Part shown: positions 19,201 through 26,958 of the stretch, piece after piece
How the letters are laid out: each line of letters begins with the position of its first letter
How positions within the stretch are numbered: the first letter of the stretch is position 1
Source of the DNA: Candidatus Kapaibacterium sp.
Lineage (GTDB): Bacteria > Bacteroidota > Ignavibacteria > Kapaibacteriales > NICIL-2
Direction: 5' to 3'
Assembly: GCA_026003475.1 (NCBI GenBank)
Contig: BPHJ01000001.1
Location: forward strand, 256,545 to 320,544
Length of the DNA stretch: 64,000 bases
Program-made: the position numbers and the translations under genes
Notes under the pieces: model-generated
Told to the model about the DNA's origin: nothing
The model's input: only the letters and a program-made list of their open reading frames with translations
The model's database searches: none

Positions 19201-20023
19201 AGACCTGTCCCTGGGGACCACGAGCGATGACGATGTTGTATTCCTCCGGAACAATACTGAGGCGTTCCGTATCGGCTCTGTCAGTGGTAACCCTGTGCTC
19301 AACCTTGGTTCAGCAACTCCAGCGTATCGGATAGACTTGCCGAACAACTCGAACATTGCGATCGGGCGGATACGCGCGCAGGGGTACGCGACGTACTCAT
19401 CACGAGCGTGGAAGGAGGACATTCGTCCCATCGAGGGTGCCCTTGAGAAAGCACTTCGGCTGACGGGGGTACAATACCAGTGGAAGCCGGAGTATGGCGG
19501 CACGCGCGATATTGGGTTTGTGATGGAGGAGGTAGCGGAGGTAGTACCGGAGGTAGTAGACCGGGATCCGAAGACAGGCGAGTATCTTGGGATGGAGTAC
19601 AGTCGGTTGACGGCGTTGCTTGTGGAAGCGCTCAAGGAGGAACACCGCCGCAACGAGGAACTGCGTGCCGAGCTTGTGCAGTTGCGGCAGATGGTCGAGC
19701 AGCTCGCCACACGGCAGCAGGTAACCGCTGGCACATCACATATCACCGTTCGCGTTGAAGGTGACTGGCTTGGGCAAAACGTTCCCAACCCGCACGACGG
19801 AACGACGACGATACCGTGCTACGTTCCTGCAGGAGTTGGAAGCGCGGAGCTTGCCATCAGCGATGCAGCTGGGCGTCTGGTTCGTCGTGTTGTGCTCAGC
19901 GCACGTGATACGTGGACGAACGTAACGGTAGACATGTCACTCCTTGCGTCGGGGACGTACGAATACCAGCTCGTCTTCGACGGTCGTGTCGTTGCCAGCA
20001 AGCAGATGCAGCTGGTCAAGTAG
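16280..20023 (+). CDS. Phage-tail-fibre-like secreted protein (1247 aa): 4.4 tandem 186-aa repeats, then Peptidase-S74 intramolecular chaperone domain, then T9SS C-terminal sorting domain
   Basis: Signal peptide MKHVSFFCAAVLGVIFTVTTPSSAQ. The repeat unit contains …AKLADGAVTDAKVNDVSWTKITG…TSAKIADGTITDADISSSAAIAVSKL…, reminiscent of tail-fibre motifs. The S74 region is SSRAWKEDIRPIEGALEKALRLTGVQYQWKPEYGGTRDIGFVMEEVAEVVPEVV…YLGMEYSRLTALLVEALKEE. The CTD is NVPNPHDGTTTIPCYVPAGVGSAELAISDAAGRLVRRVVLS…SGTYEYQLVFDGRVVASKQMQLVK. Confidence 0.8.
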   Translation: MKHVSFFCAAVLGVIFTVTTPSSAQVGSLINYGAIIKDSLRLENAASFVRLPSDGSLRWGEDMVGMLVSAGLTVSRTWTLPDESGIILTSARTFSGDVSGVYNNLQLGSGVVGTAELADGAVTDAKVNDVSWTKITGAPTSFPPSGSAGGDLTGTYPNPTIANDAVTSAKIADGTITDADISSSAAIAVSKLAPGSNGQVLTTVGGVPTWSSVSITETDPVWTAAEPSYGNLTQNDTVSGTWTFSNAINGSITGNAATATALQTARNFSLSGDVTAPAVSFDGTGNVTLTTTLADGSVSTAKLADGAVTDAKVNDVSWTKITGAPTSFPPSGSAGGDLTGTYPNPTIANDAVTSAKIADGTITDADISSSAAIAVSKLAAGSDGQVLTTVGGVPTWSSVSITETDPVWTAAEPSYGNLTQNETVSGTWTFSNAINGSITGNAATATALQTARNFSLSGDVTAPAVSFDGTGNVTLTTTLADGSVSTAKLADGAVTDAKVSDVSWTKITGAPTSFPPSGSAGGDLTGTYPNPTIANDAVTSAKIADGTITDADISSSAAIAVSKLAPGSNGQVLTTVGGVPTWSSVSITETDPVWTAAEPSYGNLTQNDTVSGTWTFSNAINGSITGNAATATALQTARNFSLSGDVTSPAVSFDGTGNVTLTTTLANGSVSTAKLADGAVTDAKVSDVSWTKITGAPTSFPPSGSAGGDLTGTYPNPTIANDAVTSAKIADGTITDADISSSAAIAVSKLAPGSNGQVLTTVGGVPTWSSVSITETDPVWTAAEPSYGNLTQNETVSGTWTFSNAINGSITGNAATATALQTARNFSLSGDVTAPAVSFDGTGNVTLTTTLANGSVSTAKLADGAVTDAKVSDVSWGKITGAPTSFPPSGSAGGDLTGTYPNPTIANDAVTSAKIADGTITDADISSSAAIAVSKLAAGSDGQILVTSSGSPQWANASTLSGSFWALGGNSATADLSLGTTSDDDVVFLRNNTEAFRIGSVSGNPVLNLGSATPAYRIDLPNNSNIAIGRIRAQGYATYSSRAWKEDIRPIEGALEKALRLTGVQYQWKPEYGGTRDIGFVMEEVAEVVPEVVDRDPKTGEYLGMEYSRLTALLVEALKEEHRRNEELRAELVQLRQMVEQLATRQQVTAGTSHITVRVEGDWLGQNVPNPHDGTTTIPCYVPAGVGSAELAISDAAGRLVRRVVLSARDTWTNVTVDMSLLASGTYEYQLVFDGRVVASKQMQLVK
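16627..19095 (+). repeat. Tandem in-frame repeat array, period 558 bp (186 aa), ~4.4 copies, ~97% nucleotide identity
   Basis: The anchor 'gcttgccgatggtgcggtgacgg' recurs at 16627, 17185, 17743, 18301 and 18859, each exactly 558 nt apart. A few SNPs are distributed mosaically: N/S in AKV(N/S)DVSW, APGSNGQ/AAGSDGQ, QNDTVSG/QNETVSG, TAPAVSF/TSPAVSF. Confidence 0.95.
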
Positions 20024-20048
20024 CATCCGCTGTTGGCAAACCGATGGT

Positions 20049-20086
20049 GGGGCAGGCCTTGTAGGTCTGCCCCCTGTGTTTTGTGG
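20049..20086 (+). terminator. Rho-independent terminator candidate after the fibre gene cluster
   Basis: GGGGCAGG…(loop)…CTGCCCCC hairpin followed by TGTGTTTTGTGG. Confidence 0.45.
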
Positions 20087-20190
20087 CGATCACAGTAGAG
20101 TTGTCCCCCAGAAGTGGCAATTTCCCGTAGTGCATTCCGTCTTGTGCAGCAACTGCTTCTGTTCCACCGTTCTACCGTAGGAGAGTTCGA

Positions 20191-22449
20191 ATGGCATTCG
20201 ATTTTTCGACGATTCGCCGCGTCTATGAACAATTGCCGGAGCGTCTTGCTGATGCACGTGGCATCCTCGGTCGGCCGATGACGCTTGCGGAAAAAATCCT
20301 CTATGCCCACATGGCGGCGTTGCCATCAGCACCGCCGATACGCGGACAGGATTACGTCGAGTTCTACCCCGACCGCGTTGCGATGCAGGATGCTACGGCA
20401 CAGATGGCGTTGCTGCAGTTCATGAGTGCGGGTATCCCGCGGGTTGCGGTTCCTACGACGGTACACTGCGACCACCTCATCCGAGCCGAGCGCGGAGCCA
20501 AAGAGGATCTTCAAACGGCGCTGATCGAAAACGATGAGGTCTTCAACTTCCTCGCTTCGGTTTCGAAAAAGTATGGCATTGGGTTCTGGAAGCCTGGTGC
20601 AGGTATCATCCATCAAGTGGTGCTCGAAAACTATGCCTTCCCCGGTGGCATGATGATTGGCACCGACTCTCACACACCCAATGCTGGCGGCTTGGGAATG
20701 CTTGCGATTGGTGTTGGGGGAGCCGATGCCGTGGACGTGATGGCGGGCATGCCATGGGAATTGCTCATGCCAAAGCATATCGGCGTACGCTTGACCGGAC
20801 GCATGAGTGGATGGACTGCACCAAAGGATGTGATTCTCAAGCTGGCTGGAATTCTCACGGTCAAAGGTGGGACCGGCGCGATCATCGAGTACTTCGGTGA
20901 TGGATGCGCAACCATCAGCGCGACGGGCAAAGCAACCATTTGCAACATGGGCGCTGAAGTTGGTGCGACAACCTCGATCTTCCCCTACGACGAGGCAATG
21001 GATCGCTACCTGCGCGCGACCGGCCGTTCTGACGTCGCCGATGCAGCACGCCCACTGGCAGAGTACCTCCGCCACGATGACGACGTCGAACGCAATCCGG
21101 AGAAGTACTTCGATCGCATCATCGAGATTGATCTTTCCACACTCGAACCGCACATCAACGGACCCTTCACGCCCGACCGTGCAATGCCAATCAGCGAGTT
21201 TGTCAAGGCTGTCGAGCAGAACGGATGGCCAGCCGATTTGCGAGTAGCGCTGATTGGCTCGTGTACGAACTCCTCGTATGAGGACATGACGCGCGTGGCC
21301 GAGATCGCCGACTATGCTGCTAAACACGGACTCAAAGCTAAGTGTGAGCTTACGATCACGCCGGGCTCTGAACAAATCCGCGCAACGATGGAACGCGATG
21401 GAATCCTGGAAAAACTCGAAGCAATTGGTGCAACCGTCCTCGCGAACGCATGCGGTCCGTGTATCGGGCAGTGGAAACGACACGACGTCAAAAAAGGCGA
21501 CAAAAACTCGATCATCACGTCCTTCAATCGGAACTTCAGCGGTCGTAACGACGGCAATCCCGATACGCATGCTTTCGTTGCATCACCTGAAACGGTCCTC
21601 GGGTTTGCCCTGACCGGTGATTTGCGCGTTGACTTCACCACGCAGCCGATCAACGGTTCGGTGCTCAATCCACCGCGAGGAGAAGAACTTCCAGCCCGTG
21701 GATTCGTGCCGGATCCCGAAGGGTACGTCCCCCCTGCCGAGGATGGCAGCACCATCGAAGTGATCATCAAACCCGATTCTCAGCGCTTGCAACGCCTGGA
21801 GCCATTTCCGCCACCCAGACCAGAAGAATTTATCGACATGGTGCTTTTGCTCAAAGTCAAGGGCAAGTGCACGACCGACCACATCTCCCCGGCGGGTCCG
21901 TGGCTTCGCTTCCGCGGACATTTGGACAACATCTCCAACAACATGTTCACCGGCGCAACCAATGCCTTCAATGGCAAGCTCAACTCAGCAAAGAACGTCT
22001 TTACCGGTGAGTATGCCGAAGTACCGCAGGTTGCGCGGGACTACAAAGCGCGTGGCGTCTCGTGGATCGTCGTTGGTGAGGAAAACTACGGCGAAGGTTC
22101 CTCGCGCGAACATGCCGCGATGGAACCGCGCTATTTGGGCGGGAAGGTGATTTTGGTCAAGTCGTTTGCGCGTATTCACGAGACCAACCTCAAAAAGCAG
22201 GGCATGCTACCGCTGGTATTCGACAATCCTGCCGACTACGACCTCATCGGCGAGGATGACCGTTTCACGCTCGATGTACGGCAGCTCCGTCCAGCAGAGC
22301 CGATGGAGTTGCTCATTCGAAAACCCGATGGAAGCGAGCATCGCATTCTCGTTCGGCATTCGATGAATGAGCACCAAATCGAGTGGTTCTGGGCGGGCAG
22401 CGCACTCAACCTGATGGCACGCCGCCTGCGCCAATCGTCGAATGCATAA
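20191..22449 (+). CDS. acnA: Aconitate hydratase (mitochondrial-type ~750-aa aconitase family)
   Basis: Aconitase signatures [12 protein letters not shown] and [11 protein letters not shown]; 4Fe-4S ligand cysteines. 752 aa. Confidence 0.85.
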   Translation: MAFDFSTIRRVYEQLPERLADARGILGRPMTLAEKILYAHMAALPSAPPIRGQDYVEFYPDRVAMQDATAQMALLQFMSAGIPRVAVPTTVHCDHLIRAERGAKEDLQTALIENDEVFNFLASVSKKYGIGFWKPGAGIIHQVVLENYAFPGGMMIGTDSHTPNAGGLGMLAIGVGGADAVDVMAGMPWELLMPKHIGVRLTGRMSGWTAPKDVILKLAGILTVKGGTGAIIEYFGDGCATISATGKATICNMGAEVGATTSIFPYDEAMDRYLRATGRSDVADAARPLAEYLRHDDDVERNPEKYFDRIIEIDLSTLEPHINGPFTPDRAMPISEFVKAVEQNGWPADLRVALIGSCTNSSYEDMTRVAEIADYAAKHGLKAKCELTITPGSEQIRATMERDGILEKLEAIGATVLANACGPCIGQWKRHDVKKGDKNSIITSFNRNFSGRNDGNPDTHAFVASPETVLGFALTGDLRVDFTTQPINGSVLNPPRGEELPARGFVPDPEGYVPPAEDGSTIEVIIKPDSQRLQRLEPFPPPRPEEFIDMVLLLKVKGKCTTDHISPAGPWLRFRGHLDNISNNMFTGATNAFNGKLNSAKNVFTGEYAEVPQVARDYKARGVSWIVVGEENYGEGSSREHAAMEPRYLGGKVILVKSFARIHETNLKKQGMLPLVFDNPADYDLIGEDDRFTLDVRQLRPAEPMELLIRKPDGSEHRILVRHSMNEHQIEWFWAGSALNLMARRLRQSSNA

Positions 22450-22491
22450 GCAGTGGTTGTGTGCGTGCTGTAGGGCGTCGGACGGGTGCAG

Positions 22492-23430
22492 TTACCAGAG
22501 GGTAAGAGTGCTCCGCACCTCTGCAAACATTCCCCAGCTTGGTGCCAGTTGGACGCCGTTGGTCCGCTCGTAGATCGGCAGTTGAGCGCCGATGCGGAGC
22601 ACCAAGGGTTCCCATGCTGTCATGGCCAGCGATGGCAAAAGCTCGATGCGGAACGTTCCCGTTGCCGTTAGCGTGCGGTCGTCGATACGGTCGGGACCGG
22701 TCCACCGCCATCGGCTCAGTAAGACGGGGAGAATCGGCAATTCCCACTCTGTCGGGCTGAGGGCTACCAGTGCTTGCAGGTCGGTGCCCATCGTGCGCCC
22801 GTTGATGTTGGCGCCTGGCTGGCGAAATAACACTGAGAGTGTGGTCATCAGTGCGGGAGTTTCAGCACGATAACACCCCAAAAGCCACGCGAGCACATCC
22901 CAGCTACTTGTGCCTGGCTGCACGTCAATGGGCAGTTCGACCCCGTTTTCCTGTACACGATACTGGCCTGTTGGCATTTTGAGTCCACCTCCAACAGCCA
23001 AGCTCCAGGGCGATAGTGGTGAAGGTGGAAGAACGGAGAACTTGACTATTCCAAAGGCATCGCTCAGACCGGTGGCATGATACTGGGTCGAAAGTGTCGT
23101 CGTACCGTTGGAGATGTTGACTGTTCGCATCTTGTCGCTGAACGGTAGCACAGCCAGTACACTCCACCGTTCGGCAGGGGCGAACTCGAATTCCAGATTG
23201 AATGCGTGCGCATAGGCAACGCTCCCGTTGGGATTGGGTACACGCTTGGTGCCATCGAGCGTGCGATCCATGGCAGTGTAATTATAGACTGCTCCTACTG
23301 TTAGCGTGCCAGCTCCCAAACCCGCGCGTTCCATCCCACCAAGGAATGTGCCAGTACCACCACAGCAGCTCTGCGCATGCGCCCATACTCCACTAATCGC
23401 TACCAGCACAAAAAACAGTCGCATCACCAA
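22492..23430 (-). CDS. Outer-membrane beta-barrel protein of unknown function (possibly MetA/phenol-degradation-like transporter family)
   Basis: Signal peptide MVMRLFFVLVAISGVWAHAQ. Alternating amphipathic beta-strand pattern. 4-nt overlap with the upstream lipoprotein gene. Confidence 0.45.
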   Translation of the reverse strand: MVMRLFFVLVAISGVWAHAQSCCGGTGTFLGGMERAGLGAGTLTVGAVYNYTAMDRTLDGTKRVPNPNGSVAYAHAFNLEFEFAPAERWSVLAVLPFSDKMRTVNISNGTTTLSTQYHATGLSDAFGIVKFSVLPPSPLSPWSLAVGGGLKMPTGQYRVQENGVELPIDVQPGTSSWDVLAWLLGCYRAETPALMTTLSVLFRQPGANINGRTMGTDLQALVALSPTEWELPILPVLLSRWRWTGPDRIDDRTLTATGTFRIELLPSLAMTAWEPLVLRIGAQLPIYERTNGVQLAPSWGMFAEVRSTLTLW

Positions 23431-23774
23431 ACGTACACCTGAAACTCACGGGAATCACTTGCTTGGTACTGGTCGCGCACGATGACCTGCATTGTTGTCG
23501 AATTACCCGTGCAGCACGGTGCTGCAACGAGCTGCACACGATGGCCGCTGCCAACGATGCTCCCATCAGCTACTCGCCAGAAGTACTGCAACGTATCCTC
23601 ATCGGGGTCGCGTGCATAGCAAACAACGTCAACCGGTGTGCCGACCGAGACAATACCGCCGATGACAACACTATCAATCACCGGTGCCCGGTTCGTTGGT
23701 GGTGCAATAAGCGATGGAGAGTCTTGGGAGCAGGACAGCAGCACAACAGCTAAAAGGAGCAGCCCAACACGCAT
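23424..23774 (-). CDS. Small lipoprotein with Ig-like fold, co-transcribed with the downstream OMP
   Basis: Lipobox-like MRVGLLLLAVVLLSCSQ (the Cys follows LLS). The ORF extends upstream to 23867 without a convincing earlier start. Confidence 0.4.
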   Translation of the reverse strand: MRVGLLLLAVVLLSCSQDSPSLIAPPTNRAPVIDSVVIGGIVSVGTPVDVVCYARDPDEDTLQYFWRVADGSIVGSGHRVQLVAAPCCTGNSTTMQVIVRDQYQASDSREFQVYVW

Positions 23775-23892
23775 CGGTGATACGCTCCAGGTGTGGAACA
23801 TATGTAATGATACACTCAAAAATATGTAATTTTGTCGGTGAATCCTCCGCAGGGGGATTCTGGGCAAAGTTCAACTCACTTGAAGGTGTCCT

Positions 23893-24288
23893 ATGCGTTA
23901 CTTTCCGTTGTTGGGGCGAGTGTTGTTGTGCCTACTCTTTCTTGTTAGCGGGATAACCTTCCACTTTACCAGCGATGCGATCCAGTATGCCGAGGCGCAG
24001 GGTGTGCCGGCAGCATCGTTGCTGGTGCCGCTCAGCGGTGTGCTTGCAATTGTTGGAGCGCTCAGCGTGATGCTGGGGTACCGTGCAAAACTTGGTGCAT
24101 GGTTGCTGGTGATCTTTCTCGTGCCAGTAACGCTGATGATGCACAACTTCTGGGCAATCGCTGATCCGATGCAGCGGCAAGTCCAGATGATCATGTTCAT
24201 GAAAAATCTTGGGCTCCTTGGTGGAGTGCTGCTGATTGCTTACTGGGGAGCAGGGCCTATCAGCATGGACAACCGCCAGAGTCAGTAG
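23893..24288 (+). CDS. DoxX-family membrane protein
   Basis: Four predicted TM helices; LLGRVLLCLLFLVSGI…LGLLGGVLLIAYWG is typical of DoxX. 131 aa. Confidence 0.65.
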   Translation: MRYFPLLGRVLLCLLFLVSGITFHFTSDAIQYAEAQGVPAASLLVPLSGVLAIVGALSVMLGYRAKLGAWLLVIFLVPVTLMMHNFWAIADPMQRQVQMIMFMKNLGLLGGVLLIAYWGAGPISMDNRQSQ

Positions 24289-24422
24289 CGGCTCTCGGCG
24301 GTGATCATCACTGGCTTGAGTGCCCCACATCGTGATTCAAGAGTGTGGGGGAGAACCTTCTTTGCTTGTTGTCAGCCTATGTGCAAACAGGGTTTGGTGC
24401 GTAGGTTCGCAATTGGCCGTCG

Positions 24423-26126
24423 GTGACTGCCGATGGATGTTGGACGATAGTGTATGCCTCCGGTATGTCCGGCGTGGAGAAAATCGAGCGTATTCTTGCC
24501 GAACTTCGGCAGCAGGTGCAGCAGCATCCGTTGCTACGAAGTATGGTCGAACTGGTCGTTGCCGTTGGGGAAGAGCTCCTCCGGTCGAGTGAGGATGCAT
24601 CGGCTGCTGCTGAGTCGAATCACAAGCAGGATGCTGGTGGTCACTCCACAGCTCCGGCTACTGACAGCAGGAATGAGACGGGGGGAGCATCTCCGGAACA
24701 CAATCCACCCGCCGATGCAATTCGTGAGGAGGACCTTCGACGCCTCATCGAGCATTTTCAGGGTGGCAGTGTACCTGAACGGAACAACAAAAAGCAGACG
24801 CCAGCGACTGTCTCCGAACAGAGTCCTCCCATGTCGGAATATCCAAAGGAGCCTGCCTTTGATGTTGAGCTGGTCACCACACGTGCGCGGCTCAAAGCGG
24901 AAGTTGCGCGGTGGCGGGCCGATTGTCTCCGCGGTGAGGTGTCTGCCGAGGCAGAAACGCGGTACTACGAACGTGCGGTCCAACGCGCGCAAGCGCTACC
25001 CCAATGCTACCTGTGGATGCTGAACTTTACGGATCCGCCAACGCTCCTCGATTTTGTCGCCGACTGCTACGATGCGCTGGCTGAGGTCGCCGAGGTTATC
25101 CCCTTGATCCCGTGGGACCAATACCGCCCAGCGTGGGCAGAGCAGGTACTCGAGCTGACAGCCGCCGCACAGTCCGCACTGCATCGCGTTCTGCTGGATG
25201 CTGGGCTGGACCTTCAACGCTATCCAGACCCCGACCAGTACGCTGTTTACAACTGGCTTCAGTGGTACACCAAAACCTACCACAAGTACATCGCGCGGCA
25301 CATGACGCTCCGCGATCCAGCAGACTACACCCACATCACGGAGATCGTCGAGAAACTCGACGCACTCCGCGAACAGATGCCATCGAGTGCCTCGGCGCAG
25401 GGTGAGCAGCCATCGGCCCAACTCTCGGCAGAACGACCCACGGAACATCTGCCGACCGTCGAAGCGAAAAAGCATCTTCGCACGTTGCGGTACCATGTTG
25501 GCCAGATTCTGCGCCAACGGATCGATCCAGAGCACCACTGGTTACGCATCCGTCAAGAGATCGAAGCGCTCGTTACGCTGGGTGTTCCGCCGAGCAACGT
25601 TGAGTTGCGAGCTGTTCTCCTTCCGATCGTCGAAGATTTTCCCATCGATACCCATTACCGAACCACAGCAGTACAGCTTGTCCTCCGGGAGATTGCTCGC
25701 TACCGGATGCAACAATCTGGAACGGTTCCCGTTGTGGAAGAACCATCGCAACCAAGCGAGGAAGTTCTTGCTGTTCGGGCAGCACTCGAGGGGAAGTGCA
25801 TGGTGCTCGTCGGTGGGGATGAACGCCCTGCTATGCGAGAGGCAATTGAAGGAGCGTTCGGTTGTCGCCTTGAGTGGGTTCCCACTCGTCCGCATGAATC
25901 ACTGGAGCTGTTTGAGCCGTACATCAAACGCAGCGATGTTGCTGTTGTTCTGTTGGCGATACGCTGGGCCAGCCACAGTTACGCTGATGTTGCTGACCTC
26001 TGCAAACGGTATGGCCGGCCATTTGTGCGCCTCCCCGGTGGCTACAACCCCAATCAAATCGCCGCCCAAATACTCCAACAAGCGGGAGACACCCTCGGAT
26101 TGAATGGCTCCGGCGGCAGGACTTGA
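24423..26126 (+). CDS. Hypothetical protein with C-terminal DUF2325-like domain
   Basis: 567-aa ORF with protein-like composition. The C-terminal ~100 aa, KCMVLVGGDERPAMREAIEGAFGCRLEWVP…SDVAVVLLAIRWASHSYADVADLCKRYGRPFVRLPGG, matches my recollection of DUF2325. The N-terminal 450 aa are unrecognised. The 3' end overlaps tRNA-Asn on the opposite strand by 22 nt. Confidence 0.45.
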   Translation: MTADGCWTIVYASGMSGVEKIERILAELRQQVQQHPLLRSMVELVVAVGEELLRSSEDASAAAESNHKQDAGGHSTAPATDSRNETGGASPEHNPPADAIREEDLRRLIEHFQGGSVPERNNKKQTPATVSEQSPPMSEYPKEPAFDVELVTTRARLKAEVARWRADCLRGEVSAEAETRYYERAVQRAQALPQCYLWMLNFTDPPTLLDFVADCYDALAEVAEVIPLIPWDQYRPAWAEQVLELTAAAQSALHRVLLDAGLDLQRYPDPDQYAVYNWLQWYTKTYHKYIARHMTLRDPADYTHITEIVEKLDALREQMPSSASAQGEQPSAQLSAERPTEHLPTVEAKKHLRTLRYHVGQILRQRIDPEHHWLRIRQEIEALVTLGVPPSNVELRAVLLPIVEDFPIDTHYRTTAVQLVLREIARYRMQQSGTVPVVEEPSQPSEEVLAVRAALEGKCMVLVGGDERPAMREAIEGAFGCRLEWVPTRPHESLELFEPYIKRSDVAVVLLAIRWASHSYADVADLCKRYGRPFVRLPGGYNPNQIAAQILQQAGDTLGLNGSGGRT

Positions 26127-26181
26127 ACCTGCGACCCTCTGATTAACAGTCAGATGCTCTAACCAACTGAGCTACGCCGGA
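26105..26181 (-). tRNA. tRNA-Asn (anticodon GTT), CCA encoded
   Basis: Reverse complement folds as TCCGGCG-TA-GCTCAGTTGGTTAGAGC-A-TCTGA-CTGTTAA-TCAGA-GGGTC-GCAGGTTCAAGTCCTGC-CGCCGGA-G-CCA. Confidence 0.85.
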
Positions 26182-26241
26182 AGACGGGTTGCAAAAATAC
26201 AGCAGTATTGCCCCACTGTGCAAGAGCTGCGTGGAGTAGCC

Positions 26242-26937
26242 CTACTGTTCACGAAAGGGGGAGGTCTGCAGATGCTGCTTGATAGCGCGAATGCTCAACC
26301 ACGTGGCAATGCCTAATACCACCAGTGCGCCCAGCGTGATGAGTCCCGGATTTTCGTAGAACAAAAACACATCGTACAGGCCATGCGCAGTGACTGCGGA
26401 TGCCAGAGCTGCCAGGTGATACCCCCAGCGGCGCGAGGCAAATTTTGCATTGCCGAGAAAATAACCCATCAGCACGCCGTTGGCTGCGTGTGCCGGAACG
26501 GCGGTCACCATTCGCACCAAAGCCAGACCCACTGGTTCGGACTCTGCGCCGAACACATACAGGAGGTTCTCCAGCGTAGCAAAGCCCATTCCGACCATCA
26601 CGCAGTAGGTGATGCCGTCGTAGGGTTCATCGAAATCTGAGCGAGGGTACACATAGAGTCGGGCAACTAGATACTTTGCCGCCTCTTCGGTGAAAGCGAC
26701 GATGCCAAACGCACTCAGTACTGCCGAACCGAACACACTGCGATTGAGCGGTGCTATCGCACCCAATCCGATTTCGATCACGGCAACAGGCACAATAATC
26801 ACCGCACCCCAGAGAAAACACCCAATCACAAGGTCATGTGGCTCGCGGTCGAAGCGATCAAGCCACCAGACGACCCCAGCGATGACGATGCCCGGAGCAA
26901 CAGCTAACACAACAAGCCACGCCGCATCAACGTTCAT
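26242..26937 (-). CDS. PrsW-family intramembrane glutamic protease
   Basis: Motifs FTEEAAKY and GMGFATLEN (EExxK … FxxxE), multiple TM segments. Start chosen at MNVDAAW to avoid overlapping the divergent M16 gene; the ORF is open to 27177. Confidence 0.6.
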   Translation of the reverse strand: MNVDAAWLVVLAVAPGIVIAGVVWWLDRFDREPHDLVIGCFLWGAVIIVPVAVIEIGLGAIAPLNRSVFGSAVLSAFGIVAFTEEAAKYLVARLYVYPRSDFDEPYDGITYCVMVGMGFATLENLLYVFGAESEPVGLALVRMVTAVPAHAANGVLMGYFLGNAKFASRRWGYHLAALASAVTAHGLYDVFLFYENPGLITLGALVVLGIATWLSIRAIKQHLQTSPFREQ

Positions 26938-26958
26938 TGCCAATGTTCGGTAATTTCG

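Noticed and set aside
16372-19788. Series of near-identical reverse-strand ORFs (173 aa ×4 at 16963, 17521, 18079 and within 18637..19788; 88 aa ×4; 184 aa at 16372)
   Set aside because: They are mirror images of the 558-bp tandem repeat in the + strand fibre gene. Their translations are low-complexity Ala/Val/Pro-rich and their periodicity equals the repeat. Shadow ORFs.
9383-20023. Prophage/tailocin interpretation of the fibre cluster
   Set aside because: No capsid, portal, terminase, sheath, tube, baseplate, holin or integrase genes in the window. Every protein in the cluster has a Sec signal peptide and most have T9SS CTDs, which is inconsistent with virion assembly in the cytoplasm.
20326-21570. 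414-aa ORF antisense to aconitase
   Set aside because: Aconitase on + strand has unambiguous signatures. The antisense translation is Arg-rich nonsense.
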